DNA of 64,000 nucleotides from Desulfomonilia bacterium. Its GTDB lineage: Bacteria > Desulfobacterota > Desulfomonilia > UBA1062. The translations under genes were made by a program, and so were the position numbers. Shown here piece by piece: positions 19,233 to 29,423 of the stretch. Under the pieces are notes generated by a model, which ran no database searches, had not been told where the DNA came from, and saw nothing but the letters and a program-made list of their open reading frames with translations. Position 1 is the first letter of the stretch. Each line of letters begins with the position of its first letter. The DNA is taken from assembly GCA_050014195.1 (NCBI GenBank), contig JBEKDT010000006.1, positions 1 through 64,000 on the forward strand, written 5' to 3'.

Positions 19233-20171
19233 ATGTACAGGGAAATCCCCGTCTCCCTGGTCAGTGTGGACAAGGAATATGATTTTGATATCTTTCTGAA
19301 GATCCATGATAAGCAGCGCCTCTTCGCAGCCAAAGGGGCACGGCTCACCAATGATCACGTAGGCATGCTGAGATCCAGAGATACGCATATCTTTGTGTTG
19401 GAACAAGATTGGGATACTGCTCGAAAGCAGCTGTATCAGAGACGGTCTCATGTCATCATCGCTCCCGAATCCGACACCAGAAAAAAGGCCGATCGTATCT
19501 ATAATTCTGCCATGCAATCCATCAAGGATGCATACCGCGGGCTTGTTCCACGCACTATTTCCGAAGTAGAGAAGAATGCCGATGAACTGGTAAAGCTCAT
19601 CCTTTCTGATGATAAAGTGATCGAGGGCCTTAAGCTCATCGAAACAACCGACCATTTTACCTATCAACACTCGGTACGGGTTGGTATCTATGCAACGGCA
19701 CTTCTCTTGAAACTCATGGGCGACAAGCTCACCCGCAATCAGATCAAAAAACTCAGTACCGGGTATTTCCTCCATGATATCGGCATGACACGAATCCCCA
19801 TGCAGATCATCGAAAAACCTGAACAGTTAAGCGAGTTCGAATGGAAGCTCATCCGGATGCACCCTATCTGGGGCCATGAGAGTATTAGAAAGACCGAATT
19901 CCTGAGCATCGAGGCCACGAACATCATCCTGACGCACCATGAGCGCCATGATGGGAGCGGGTATCCCAACAAGAGCAAAGGAGAGGAAATTCCCACCTAT
20001 GCCCGGATGTGCGCCATAGCCGATGCCTTTGAATCGCTGACCGCTCAGCGACCCTACCGTAAGGCATATGAGCCTTTTGAAGCCTTAAGGATCATGTTCC
20101 AGGAGATGTCTCGGGAATTTGACCCCGAGCTCTTTATGACCTTTGTAAAGCTTCTGGGGCCGGAGGCGTAA
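19233..20171 (+). CDS. HD-GYP domain phosphodiesterase, paralog 1
   Basis: HSVRV, LHDIG, HHERHDGSGYP, IADAFESLT..RPY. Confidence 0.92.
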   Translation: MYREIPVSLVSVDKEYDFDIFLKIHDKQRLFAAKGARLTNDHVGMLRSRDTHIFVLEQDWDTARKQLYQRRSHVIIAPESDTRKKADRIYNSAMQSIKDAYRGLVPRTISEVEKNADELVKLILSDDKVIEGLKLIETTDHFTYQHSVRVGIYATALLLKLMGDKLTRNQIKKLSTGYFLHDIGMTRIPMQIIEKPEQLSEFEWKLIRMHPIWGHESIRKTEFLSIEATNIILTHHERHDGSGYPNKSKGEEIPTYARMCAIADAFESLTAQRPYRKAYEPFEALRIMFQEMSREFDPELFMTFVKLLGPEA

Positions 20172-20172
20172 G

Positions 20173-20204
20173 GAGTGATCAGTGACCAGTAGTCACTGAT
20201 CACT
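20173..20204. repeat. Heptamer-based (AGTGATC/AGTGACC) hairpin after HD-GYP 1
   Basis: AGTGATCAGTGAC-CAGTA-GTCACTGATCACT, 13-bp perfect stem. Confidence 0.8.
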
Positions 20205-20235
20205 GACTCAGTATTTCTTCAAGATATCAATAGAG

Positions 20236-21198
20236 TTGACGATCAGTAACGATATGGAGAGTTTCAGGGAAATCCCTTTATCCATGGTTCATGTAGGCCA
20301 TGTATATGACTTTGATATTTACCTGAAGTTGCAGGATACTAAGCGCCTTTTTGCCGCGAAAGGCGTTCCCCTTACCAGGGTGCACCTCATCATGACGAGC
20401 CACAGTGAAACACAACTTTATGTGCGAGAGGAAGAGTGGGCTACTGCAAGGAATGAATTTGAGCATGACATAAGATATGTGTTTACCGACCCAAGACTTG
20501 ATTCAAGGCAAAAGGCCGATCTTATATATACCTTGGCCATGCAGTCCATCAGGGATGCGTACAATGGCCTTATTCCAAGGGCCATCGTTGATGTTCAAAA
20601 GGATGCCGATGAGCAGGTGAAACACATCCTCTCCGACGAAGAGGTGCTTGGACACCTTAGGCTCATGAGTACATCGGGCGGCTCAATCTACCAGCATTCG
20701 CTCCGCGTGGGGATCTATGCCACAACACTCCTCCTCAAGCTTATGGGGGAGAGACTCACCAGTGACCAGATCAGAAGGATCAGCATGGGGTTCTTCTTGC
20801 ACGACATCGGGATGGCAAGGGTGCCCATACAGATCCTCACAAAGCCGGGCCGCCTCGATGATTTTGAGATGCGGCTGATCCGGATGCATCCCATATGGGG
20901 TCAAAAGAGGATGATCACTACAGGATCATTGAGCCTGGAGGCAGTCAACATTATCCTTGCCCACCACGAACACCTTGACGGCAGCGGTTATCCACATAAT
21001 AGATCACAAGACGGCATCCCTCTGTATGCCAGGATCTGCACTATCGCGGATGCCTTTGAGGCCCTGACCGCAGAACGCCCCTACCGCAAAGCTCTTGCGC
21101 CCTTTTCCGCCCTGCAGGTCATGTATCAGGACTTATCCCATGGATTCGATCCCGAGCTCTTTATGGCCTTTGTAAAGCTTCTGGGGCCGGATGCATAA
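20236..21198 (+). CDS. HD-GYP domain phosphodiesterase, paralog 2
   Basis: HSLRV, LHDIG, HHEHLDGSGYP; colinear with paralog 1. Start may be ATG 20254. Confidence 0.92.
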   Translation: MTISNDMESFREIPLSMVHVGHVYDFDIYLKLQDTKRLFAAKGVPLTRVHLIMTSHSETQLYVREEEWATARNEFEHDIRYVFTDPRLDSRQKADLIYTLAMQSIRDAYNGLIPRAIVDVQKDADEQVKHILSDEEVLGHLRLMSTSGGSIYQHSLRVGIYATTLLLKLMGERLTSDQIRRISMGFFLHDIGMARVPIQILTKPGRLDDFEMRLIRMHPIWGQKRMITTGSLSLEAVNIILAHHEHLDGSGYPHNRSQDGIPLYARICTIADAFEALTAERPYRKALAPFSALQVMYQDLSHGFDPELFMAFVKLLGPDA

Positions 21199-21199
21199 G

Positions 21200-21344
21200 G
21201 AGTGATCAGTGCTCAGTGATCAGAAAAAGGCCTTAGAAAAATTTGTTGGAATCTACAAGAGAAGACCCCGGATGCCAGGTGTTTTATGAATCAGTCAACG
21301 TGAACGTATCAATCTGTTCACTGATAACTGGTCACTGATCACTC
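21200..21344. repeat. Element with inverted heptamer tandem arms
   Basis: Left arm GAGTGATCAGTGCTCAGTGATCAGA; right arm TCTGTTCACTGATAACTGGTCACTGATCACTC; ~88 nt unique core. Confidence 0.75.
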
Positions 21345-21381
21345 ACAATCTATTCCCTATCTTGACATCGCTTAGTAATAG

Positions 21382-22029
21382 ATGTTTATTCGCGCTATGT
21401 TTCTGATAGTCGCAGGCGGGGAGCCGCCGGGTAAAGAGTTGCTTAGGCACCGGGCACTTGAGGCCGCCATGATCATCGCTGCAGACAGAGGTGCCGGGTA
21501 TTGTCTTGATGCAGGGGTAATACCCCAGCTTGTGGTTGGTGATATGGATTCGCTTGATGGTGAAACGTATGAAAGGCTTACCGGGCTGGGCATTGAAATG
21601 AAGCGATTCAGCACGGACAAGGACCGGACCGACACGGAAATCGCCCTGGATGAGGCCATTCACCGGGGTACAAAACGTGTCGATATCCTTGGTGCCATCG
21701 GAGACCGGATCGACCATACCCTTGCCAACATCCATCTGATGTGCATGGCCTTGCACAACGGGGTTGCTGCACGGATCATCTCGGATACGCAGCAGGTCTT
21801 TCTGGTGGATTCCCATGAGACGATGAAGGGCAGCTGGGGGCGCACCGTGTCTTTTCTGCCCCTTACCGAGAAGGTCGAGGGTATTACGCTTACGGGCTTT
21901 GTCTATGAGCTTGAAGATGCCGCTATGGAAATCGGGAAACCCTATGGCATAAGTAATGTCGTTAAGGGTGATCCTGCCTTTGTCAAGGTTGGAAAGGGGG
22001 TCCTGCTTGCCGTCCTTTCCATGACTTGA
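21382..22029 (+). CDS. thiN: Thiamine pyrophosphokinase
   Basis: IAADRGA, VGDMDS, KDRTD, GDRIDHTLAN, GISN. Confidence 0.92.
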   Translation: MFIRAMFLIVAGGEPPGKELLRHRALEAAMIIAADRGAGYCLDAGVIPQLVVGDMDSLDGETYERLTGLGIEMKRFSTDKDRTDTEIALDEAIHRGTKRVDILGAIGDRIDHTLANIHLMCMALHNGVAARIISDTQQVFLVDSHETMKGSWGRTVSFLPLTEKVEGITLTGFVYELEDAAMEIGKPYGISNVVKGDPAFVKVGKGVLLAVLSMT

Positions 22030-22128
22030 AAGTACTTCTCATGCTAAGGTAGTGACATAGGGAAACGTTGGTGTTATCGTGAGCGCCGATGTATAAATAC
22101 TCATAAGAACAAGCGTAAGGAGGATAAC

Positions 22129-23052
22129 TTGAAGAAGTCCGGTGCATTGTTTCTGGTGGTTTTCTTTTTGATGATCGGGTGCTCCAATTCGGAAAAGGGG
22201 GCGCTCGGTTTAGGAAAAGACGGCAAAATGGTAGCCAAGGTTGGTGACAAGGTTATCTATGACAAACAGATTGAGAAATTCTTAAGCAACCTGCCGCCAC
22301 AGGTGACTGCCCGCTACGGCGCAGCCCGCATCCGCAGGGAGATAACCGATGGATTTGTCAACATGGAGATGCTGGCCTGGGAGGCACGCAAACGAGGGAT
22401 AGACAAGAGGGACGATGTCAAGTTCAGGATAGATATGCTCATCGACCAGACCCTTGCACGTGAGATCGAGGAGGAACTCAGAAAGGGCATCACGGTGAGT
22501 GATGTCGATATGAAGAAATACTATGATGAGCACCAGGATCGGTACGGCGCCAGCTCGCGTATCTTTGCGCATCAGATCATGCTTACATCCGAGGCGGATG
22601 CAAAGGCCACGCTCGATAAAATCAAAAAGGGGGGAGATTTTGCAGCGCTGGCTAAGCAGTACTCCAAGGATCCTGTGAGTGCCCCCAAGGGTGGAGATAT
22701 CGGACTCATCACACCCGGCAAACTGGAGCCCGTTCTGGATAAGGCGGCATTCAACCTGAAAGAGGGCGAAGTCAGCCCCGTAATAAAGGCCGCGAATGGT
22801 TATTATATCCTCAAGGCCGACAAGGTCGTCTCTGAAAAGGAAAGGCCCTATGACCAGGTGAAAGCCTCCATTGAGAACCTCATGAAGCGTGAAAAGGTGA
22901 ATAAGGCCACAGATGACCTCAAGAATGAGATCAAGAAAAAGGCCAAGGTTGAGGTCAATGAGCAGTATTTCGCCCAGTTCAAAGATACCGTGCCTCAGGA
23001 AAAACCCCAACTCAGCCCTGGCGCCGGCCCTACCGCCGGACCTGCCAAGTAA
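22129..23052 (+). CDS. PpiC/parvulin-type peptidyl-prolyl isomerase lipoprotein
   Basis: Lipobox-like MIGC, GDFAALAKQYS.D, KGGDIG, GYYILK. Confidence 0.88.
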   Translation: MKKSGALFLVVFFLMIGCSNSEKGALGLGKDGKMVAKVGDKVIYDKQIEKFLSNLPPQVTARYGAARIRREITDGFVNMEMLAWEARKRGIDKRDDVKFRIDMLIDQTLAREIEEELRKGITVSDVDMKKYYDEHQDRYGASSRIFAHQIMLTSEADAKATLDKIKKGGDFAALAKQYSKDPVSAPKGGDIGLITPGKLEPVLDKAAFNLKEGEVSPVIKAANGYYILKADKVVSEKERPYDQVKASIENLMKREKVNKATDDLKNEIKKKAKVEVNEQYFAQFKDTVPQEKPQLSPGAGPTAGPAK

Positions 23053-23078
23053 ATAGGCATAAAGGATAGGAGACTCTC

Positions 23079-24302
23079 TTGGCACTCTATACCTGGAGCG
23101 GATATACCGAGAAGGGCAAGGCATCTTCCGGTATGATCGATGCGGTATCCATCCGGGAGGCAAAGCTTAAACTCCGCTCCCAGGGGGTGTTCGTGAGTAC
23201 GATCGCGGAAGAGGCCCATGGCCTGGCGCATCCGCTCAAGGACATCTCCATCCGGGGCCTGCTGGGAAGAGTGGGGATGGAGGATCTAACCGTCACCACC
23301 CGCCAGCTCTCGACGTTGATCGGCGCCTCCATTCCGCTTGTGGATGCCTTGAGTGCCCTGTATGAACAGACCGACTCACCTGCCATGAAGAAGACCATCG
23401 CCCAGGTGCGGGATTCCGTGAATGAGGGGTTGGCTTTTGCCGATGCCCTTGAACAGCACAAGCGGGTTTTCCCCGAGTTGTACGTAAACATGGTGCGCTC
23501 CGGTGAGGCGAGCGGGGCCTTGGATGTGGTCCTGCTGCGTCTTGCCGAGTTTATGGAAGGCCAGCACCGGCTGAGGGCGAAGATCGGGGCGGCAATGGTC
23601 TACCCTGCAGTCCTTTTGTTGATCTGCGTTGTGGTGCTTTTGTACCTGCTCACTGCAGTGGTCCCCAAGGTGGTGGGGATGTTTGAAAGCATGAAACAGA
23701 CGCTGCCCTTGCCCACAAGGATACTCATCGCCATAAGCTCGTTTCTCTCATGGACCTGGTGGATGATAATCATAGGCATCGTTGTCGCCATTGTACTGGT
23801 TACCAGGTGGAGGAAGACCGATAACGGGGCCTATAAATTCGACAAGTTCAGGCTGAATTTCCCGGTATATGGCTCCATTTACAAGAAGGTGTCCGTGGCC
23901 AGGTTCGCACGGACATTAGGCACGCTGCTTTCGTCGGGCGTTCCCATCATAGAGTCGCTGCGGATCGTGAAAACAGTAGTCCAGAACAAGATTATAGAGA
24001 TCTCGATCGAGAATTCCATCGCCGAGGTCATGGATGGATCGAGCCTCGCCGCCCCGCTCAAGAAGTCGGGTGTTTTTCCGCCGATTCTTGTGCACATGAT
24101 CAGTGTGGGCGAGAAGAGCGGCAGCCTTGAAGAGATGCTTATAAAGGCTGCAGAGTCCTATGAAAGCGATGTGGAGACGACCGTTGCGGGGCTCACATCC
24201 GTTATCGAGCCCCTCATGATCGTGATCATGGGCACGTTGGTGGGCTTTGTCGTGCTTTCCATCCTCCTGCCCATGCTGGAAATGAGTACTATCGTACGAT
24301 AG
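23079..24302 (+). CDS. gspF: Type II secretion inner-membrane platform protein F
   Basis: [29 protein letters not shown]; first gene of the pseudopilin cluster. Confidence 0.93.
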   Translation: MALYTWSGYTEKGKASSGMIDAVSIREAKLKLRSQGVFVSTIAEEAHGLAHPLKDISIRGLLGRVGMEDLTVTTRQLSTLIGASIPLVDALSALYEQTDSPAMKKTIAQVRDSVNEGLAFADALEQHKRVFPELYVNMVRSGEASGALDVVLLRLAEFMEGQHRLRAKIGAAMVYPAVLLLICVVVLLYLLTAVVPKVVGMFESMKQTLPLPTRILIAISSFLSWTWWMIIIGIVVAIVLVTRWRKTDNGAYKFDKFRLNFPVYGSIYKKVSVARFARTLGTLLSSGVPIIESLRIVKTVVQNKIIEISIENSIAEVMDGSSLAAPLKKSGVFPPILVHMISVGEKSGSLEEMLIKAAESYESDVETTVAGLTSVIEPLMIVIMGTLVGFVVLSILLPMLEMSTIVR

Positions 24303-24330
24303 AATCATAGAACAACAGAGGTGTAGACTT

Positions 24331-24798
24331 ATGAAGAGAAATAAAAAAGGATTCACATTAATCGAGCTTCTCGTGGTCATCGTCATCTTGAGTATCCTGG
24401 CTACATTTGTAGGCATCAAGATCATGGGCAAGCCCGAAGAAGCCAGGCGCACCCAGGCTAAGACTCAGATCCAGGCCCTGGAGAATGCACTGAACATGTA
24501 CAAGCTCGACAACGGTGAATACCCCACAACCGACCAGGGTCTCAATGCCCTGGTAGCGATGCCCACCACGGGGAATATACCCAAGAACTGGAGGGAAGGC
24601 GGATACCTGGAAAAGAACAAGGTACCGAAAGACCCCTGGGGTAACGATTATGTCTACATGTTTCCCGGTATGAAAAACACCACCGGCTTCGATATCTTCT
24701 CATATGGTCCGAGCGGCCAGTCGGGGGGGCAGGGTAATAGTGCGGCCATCGGGAACTGGGAAGACGAGGGTCAAGGGGCGCAGTCTGAAAAGAAGTAG
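24331..24798 (+). CDS. gspG: T2SS major pseudopilin G
   Basis: GFTLIEL prepilin site, [20 protein letters not shown]. Confidence 0.95.
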   Translation: MKRNKKGFTLIELLVVIVILSILATFVGIKIMGKPEEARRTQAKTQIQALENALNMYKLDNGEYPTTDQGLNALVAMPTTGNIPKNWREGGYLEKNKVPKDPWGNDYVYMFPGMKNTTGFDIFSYGPSGQSGGQGNSAAIGNWEDEGQGAQSEKK

Positions 24799-25288
24799 GC
24801 ACGGATTCACCCTCATCGAGCTGGTGATCGTACTGGTGATCATCGGCATCACGCTGGGTTATATCGGCCCTCGCATCTTCAACGGTCTGTCCAGTTCAAA
24901 CATGGACCGGGCCGTCAGAGACATCACCACCATGATCCAGGTAGCCCGTTCATCGGCCGTGACCCAGCACAAGATCTATTTTATCCGGTTTGATATCGAT
25001 AATAATAAGGTTGCAATGTATCCCATGCCCGAGTCCTCCGGGAAGGAACCACAGATGCTCAAGGAAAGGAAAATGCCCGACGGTGTCATATTGAAGAGCA
25101 TAAAGTCCGCCTATCAGCCGCAAAAGGATCAGGGTGAAATGGACCTGCATATCACCACGGAAGGTGTGGTCGAGCAGGGGGTCATCTATCTTGACGGACC
25201 CTTGGGGAAGACGTACTCCCTTGTGGTGAGGCCGTTTTCCGGGACACTCAAGTTCTATGACCACTTTGTGGAGGTGACCTTTGGATAA
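24704..25288 (+). CDS. gspH: T2SS minor pseudopilin H (true start probably near 24785)
   Basis: GFTLIEL prepilin motif, position after gspG. Confidence 0.82.
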   Translation: MVRAASRGGRVIVRPSGTGKTRVKGRSLKRSRHGFTLIELVIVLVIIGITLGYIGPRIFNGLSSSNMDRAVRDITTMIQVARSSAVTQHKIYFIRFDIDNNKVAMYPMPESSGKEPQMLKERKMPDGVILKSIKSAYQPQKDQGEMDLHITTEGVVEQGVIYLDGPLGKTYSLVVRPFSGTLKFYDHFVEVTFG

Positions 25289-25652
25289 GGGATTCACCCT
25301 CGTGGAGGTCCTCGTCGCACTCGTGATCTTAAGCATCACCTTTTTGTGGCTTCTCAATGCGGAGAGCCAGGGAATCAACATGGCGATAAGGTCACGCTTC
25401 CTCACCACATCCAGCCTGCTCGCCCAAAGGCATATCGCAGATGTTACCTCCGGAATACGCACCGTCTCCACCGGGCAGAGCCAGGGGAATTTTGGTGATG
25501 ATTTTGGCGATGACTTTAAAGGCTATACCTATGTGGAAAACATTGAGACGACCCCATTAGCCGGATACCTAAAATATAGCCTGAGCGTGAAATGGGGCGG
25601 GGAGGGGAGTCCCCTTGAGACGAAGTTCATATCTTTCCTTGAGCAAAAATAG
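25281..25652 (+). CDS. gspI: T2SS minor pseudopilin I
   Basis: GFTLVEV motif, size and gene order. Confidence 0.82.
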   Translation: MDKGFTLVEVLVALVILSITFLWLLNAESQGINMAIRSRFLTTSSLLAQRHIADVTSGIRTVSTGQSQGNFGDDFGDDFKGYTYVENIETTPLAGYLKYSLSVKWGGEGSPLETKFISFLEQK

Positions 25653-26313
25653 CGGATTCACCCTCCTGGAGCTGATGCTGGCCATCGCCATTTCGGCGAT
25701 TGTCATTTTAACCGTGAACTTCGCCTTCTTTCAGTCCAATAAAAACATCGAGGCCGTTCGAACGCAGCGGGAGGCTTATGAGACCGTCCGTATCGTCATG
25801 GACCGGATGATTAAGGACTTGACCTGTGCCTATGTGCCTACCGAAGAACGCCAGATGACGGCAAATGAGTTTTCCATGTATCGGTTTGTAGGGACCAAAT
25901 CCGCGGACGACAGTAACGGGGTGGAGAAGGACAGCATCTATTTCACCACTACCACGGATATCGGTTTCTCAAAGGTGCCCGGAGGCGTCTGCGAGGTGGA
26001 TTATTATCTCAAGGAAACGGAGGACCAAAAAGGGGTCTTCTCCCTTATGCGCAGGGAAGATCCAACCCCCCACTACGGCATCACCAAGGCAGGCAACGAG
26101 ATGGAGATCGCGGAGGGCGTGCTGGGCATGAACATCGTCTATATCGATAATTCAAACCAGGAGGTGAATGAGTGGGATCTTACCCAGAAGTTGTCCCTGC
26201 CGAAACAGGTCAAGGTGACACTCACCATGAAAGCAGGCAAGGACAAACTGAATTTTTCTGCGACAGCCTCATTGCTGCTCTCCGGCATCAAATTGAATCC
26301 CCCGCAAGGTTAG
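25615..26313 (+). CDS. gspJ: T2SS minor pseudopilin J
   Basis: GFTLLEL motif, C-terminal W....LP..V.V; start may be TTG 25639. Confidence 0.85.
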   Translation: MRRSSYLSLSKNSGFTLLELMLAIAISAIVILTVNFAFFQSNKNIEAVRTQREAYETVRIVMDRMIKDLTCAYVPTEERQMTANEFSMYRFVGTKSADDSNGVEKDSIYFTTTTDIGFSKVPGGVCEVDYYLKETEDQKGVFSLMRREDPTPHYGITKAGNEMEIAEGVLGMNIVYIDNSNQEVNEWDLTQKLSLPKQVKVTLTMKAGKDKLNFSATASLLLSGIKLNPPQG

Positions 26314-26319
26314 CATGGC

Positions 26320-27306
26320 ATGAAGCTATTCAAGGACAAGAGAGGTGTCGTCCTCATCCTGGTGTTGAGCATGGTAGCGCTTTTTTCCGCCATGATCGTG
26401 AATTTCAGCTCCGATGAAGGCCTGGATATCGAACTCGCCTATAATTTCCGCGACTCCATCCAGGCGCAATATATCACCATGGCAGGTGTTGAGGCCGCAA
26501 AGGTCATCCTTAGCCAGGACGATGCCGGCTATGACTCCTTAGATGGGCAGTGGGCGGAGTTCCCTGTATTTGCCGCTACCGCCTCCACGTATCTTGAAGG
26601 CGGACAGCTCACGGGCACCATCACGGATGAATGCTCCAAGTTCGACCTGAACAGCCTGGCCATCAAGAACAGCTATAGCGATTTCAGAAAACAACAGTTC
26701 AAAAATCTATTTACCGTGTTGAACATTGATATCACCTCGGAAGAGCTCGATGACCTCACTAATTCAATCATAGATTGGGAAAGTGCCACCGGCGAGGTCT
26801 CCATAGGCGGCGCCAAGGATGAATACTACCAGTCCCTTGAGCCGCCGTATCACTGCAAGAACGGGCCAATGGACAGCATTGAGGAGATCATGCTGGTCAA
26901 GGGGATGAAGAAAGAGTACTTCTTCGGCACGGAAAACTATGAGGGTATCAGAAACTTCATTACCGTATGCCCCGAGAAAACCCCTGCCAGCGGCAAGATC
27001 AATATCAATACGGCATCCGAGACGGTGCTCAGGAGCATATCCGATCATTTTACTGAGGATGTGGTGAATAATATTGTTGCATGCAGGCCCTTCAAAGGCA
27101 GTGACTTCTCGTGTGCCCGGGGCCTCGACCTCACGGACTCTTCCCCGGAGACCACCTGGATAAAGAGCACGCTTGTCGTCATGAAGAGTACGAGGTTTTC
27201 AGTGGATGTAACGGGTAAAATGCCTTCGGGGGCGCTCATAAATGTTAAGGCAGTGCTGGAACGCATTAGCAATAATCCGCGAATTGTGTATTATAGGATT
27301 TATTGA
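26320..27306 (+). CDS. gspK: T2SS minor pseudopilin K
   Basis: RGVVL (no Glu5), DE.SKFDLN, IIDW, ININTA. Confidence 0.9.
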   Translation: MKLFKDKRGVVLILVLSMVALFSAMIVNFSSDEGLDIELAYNFRDSIQAQYITMAGVEAAKVILSQDDAGYDSLDGQWAEFPVFAATASTYLEGGQLTGTITDECSKFDLNSLAIKNSYSDFRKQQFKNLFTVLNIDITSEELDDLTNSIIDWESATGEVSIGGAKDEYYQSLEPPYHCKNGPMDSIEEIMLVKGMKKEYFFGTENYEGIRNFITVCPEKTPASGKININTASETVLRSISDHFTEDVVNNIVACRPFKGSDFSCARGLDLTDSSPETTWIKSTLVVMKSTRFSVDVTGKMPSGALINVKAVLERISNNPRIVYYRIY

Positions 27307-27312
27307 GGTAAT

Positions 27313-28833
27313 ATGAGAACAGTCATAACAAGAAAGACTCTCGGCATATCCTGGGATGACCGGCGGATGCAAGGCTGTATCATCCGTTCCGGGATAGCGG
27401 AAACCACCATAGAAAAGCTCATCAGTATTCCCCGGGAACTGGATAAGACTTTCCGCCCGATCAATACGGTTTCAGACGACCTGAAATTGCTTGTCGGGCA
27501 GATCGGCCTTCATGACGAGACCTGTGTGACCTGCCTGAGTGAGTCCGAGATTATGTATCGTACACTGCAAAGGCCTTTTTCCGATCGCAAGAAGATCACC
27601 GATACCATCGGCTCCGAGGTGGAGACATTGCTCCCGTCCATCGATTCAAGGCTGTTCGTGGATTTCGTGCTGCTTGGAAAGGACAAGGACGGCTTATATA
27701 TCATTCAGGCGCTTTGTTCGCGCACTACATCGGTGCAGAACCTCGTCGGGGTTTGCAAGGGTGCAGGGCTCGACCCTGAGATCGTCGACTGCCCCTCAGC
27801 CGCGGTTGCAGCCGGTGCAAGGTCTTTGTTCGACCTGCCCGATGACAAGAGTGTGCTGATTGTGTATATGGGTTGGGCCGAGACCTCGGTGGCCATCCTT
27901 GCGGGGAATACCATAAAATATATCGGTGCACTTCCGTTGGGGTTTGATAGGATCCTCTTGCCGGCCACCCCTGAGGGCACGACTGCTGCAGCAACCTTTG
28001 CCCAAGAGATGCAACCGGGCACAGTGGAGGGCGGTGACCGGCTCAAGGGCTTTTTCCGGGAGATACTGATCATGCTTGAGCGAGCCGGTGAGCTTGAAGG
28101 CGAACAGGTCCTCCTGAGCGCCGGTTATGCAAGGCTCATCAGAGATTTCTCTCAGAAGGCCCAGGATTCGCTGGGAATCACCATTCTTAACCCGACACTC
28201 AAGGATATAAAGTTCGAAGGGACCATGGAGGATCTGTTATCCGGGTTCCTGAGCGCCTCTTTGGCCTGCAGGGGCTTTAATGCGGATGATGAGGTAAATT
28301 TCCGCCAGGGCGAGCTCGGCCTGACCAAGCACATGAAGAAGCTCAAGGTCTATGCGGGGCCGTGGGCCAAGGCCGCTCTCGCGCTCCTGGTAATCTGGAT
28401 CTTCGGGTTGACGCTGGATGTATTCCTCATGGCGCGCACAAATGCCGACCTCGCCAGAAAGATCAAAACCGAGTTTGCCTCCGTCATGCCGAAAAACACC
28501 CCTATGGTGGACCCGGTCAAGCAGATGGAACAGTACCTGAACAGGCTCTCAGGACAGTCCGGTAGCCTGGAAGGAGGTGAATCGGATTCGCCCCTTGAGA
28601 TACTCAAGGATATAAGCGCCGGCGTCCCTGCAACCCTCGATGTAACCTTTGACTCCATCAACATCGATGAAACGAGCATAACGCTTTCGGGGAGCGCGAA
28701 TACCTATAACAACGTGGAGCAGATCCAGGCGGTCCTCGCAAAACTACCCTATGTCAAAGAGGTGAAGATCGTCTCGGCGAATGTGGATAAGAATGATCAG
28801 AAGGTGAAGCTGAAGCTCGTATGCAAAAAATAA
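27313..28833 (+). CDS. gspL: T2SS protein L (PilM/PilN-like)
   Basis: Actin-like cytoplasmic part, VNFRQG, one TM, PilN-like periplasmic domain; gene order. Confidence 0.8.
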   Translation: MRTVITRKTLGISWDDRRMQGCIIRSGIAETTIEKLISIPRELDKTFRPINTVSDDLKLLVGQIGLHDETCVTCLSESEIMYRTLQRPFSDRKKITDTIGSEVETLLPSIDSRLFVDFVLLGKDKDGLYIIQALCSRTTSVQNLVGVCKGAGLDPEIVDCPSAAVAAGARSLFDLPDDKSVLIVYMGWAETSVAILAGNTIKYIGALPLGFDRILLPATPEGTTAAATFAQEMQPGTVEGGDRLKGFFREILIMLERAGELEGEQVLLSAGYARLIRDFSQKAQDSLGITILNPTLKDIKFEGTMEDLLSGFLSASLACRGFNADDEVNFRQGELGLTKHMKKLKVYAGPWAKAALALLVIWIFGLTLDVFLMARTNADLARKIKTEFASVMPKNTPMVDPVKQMEQYLNRLSGQSGSLEGGESDSPLEILKDISAGVPATLDVTFDSINIDETSITLSGSANTYNNVEQIQAVLAKLPYVKEVKIVSANVDKNDQKVKLKLVCKK

Positions 28834-29423
28834 AACTCAAAATACCCATTAAGGTTAATACCCGTAAGCTCAAGGAGCTTGCCTTACCGGTTGAGCAGGC
28901 CCTTGGCAGGGCTCTCGACTACCTGGCCACGTTGTCCCCCAGGGAGAGGCTTATCGTAATCGGCGGGACGGTCTTTCTGGTGGTGTTTATCCTCCTGGCC
29001 GGGATCATCGGGCCGCTCGTTCACTACAAGTCGATACTGGAGAAATCTCTCGCATCCAACGATACCCAATTGAAGAAGATCTATGCCTTGTCGGCCAATA
29101 TAAAGGGTCTCCAGGCAGTAGCCTCAATCAGTGCCGTATCGGGGAACAAACAGTTCACCTTATTCGGCTATCTCGAGGAATTGGCTGCCCAGCTCAGGAT
29201 CAATGACAGGATCGAGTACATGAAACCCATCACCGATACTACGGAGGCTAACCGTGAATCCGTTGAGGTGAAGATAAGAGGTCTTTACCTGGAAGACCTT
29301 ATCGGTCTGCTCTTCGGCATAGAAAACACCCCGTATCCTATAAAGATCAAACGGCTGAACCTGAAGAAGCAGGAAAAGGACGGGAATCTCGATGTGACGT
29401 TCCAGGTGATTTCCTATGGCTGA
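28821..29423 (+). CDS. gspM: T2SS protein M
   Basis: LSPRER motif before the TM segment; gene order. Confidence 0.8.
   Translation: MQKIKLKIPIKVNTRKLKELALPVEQALGRALDYLATLSPRERLIVIGGTVFLVVFILLAGIIGPLVHYKSILEKSLASNDTQLKKIYALSANIKGLQAVASISAVSGNKQFTLFGYLEELAAQLRINDRIEYMKPITDTTEANRESVEVKIRGLYLEDLIGLLFGIENTPYPIKIKRLNLKKQEKDGNLDVTFQVISYG

Noticed and set aside
22282-23163. 293-aa antisense ORF (representative of many long antisense ORFs in the track)
   Set aside because: Lies opposite a well-supported gene; typical codon-bias shadow with no motifs.
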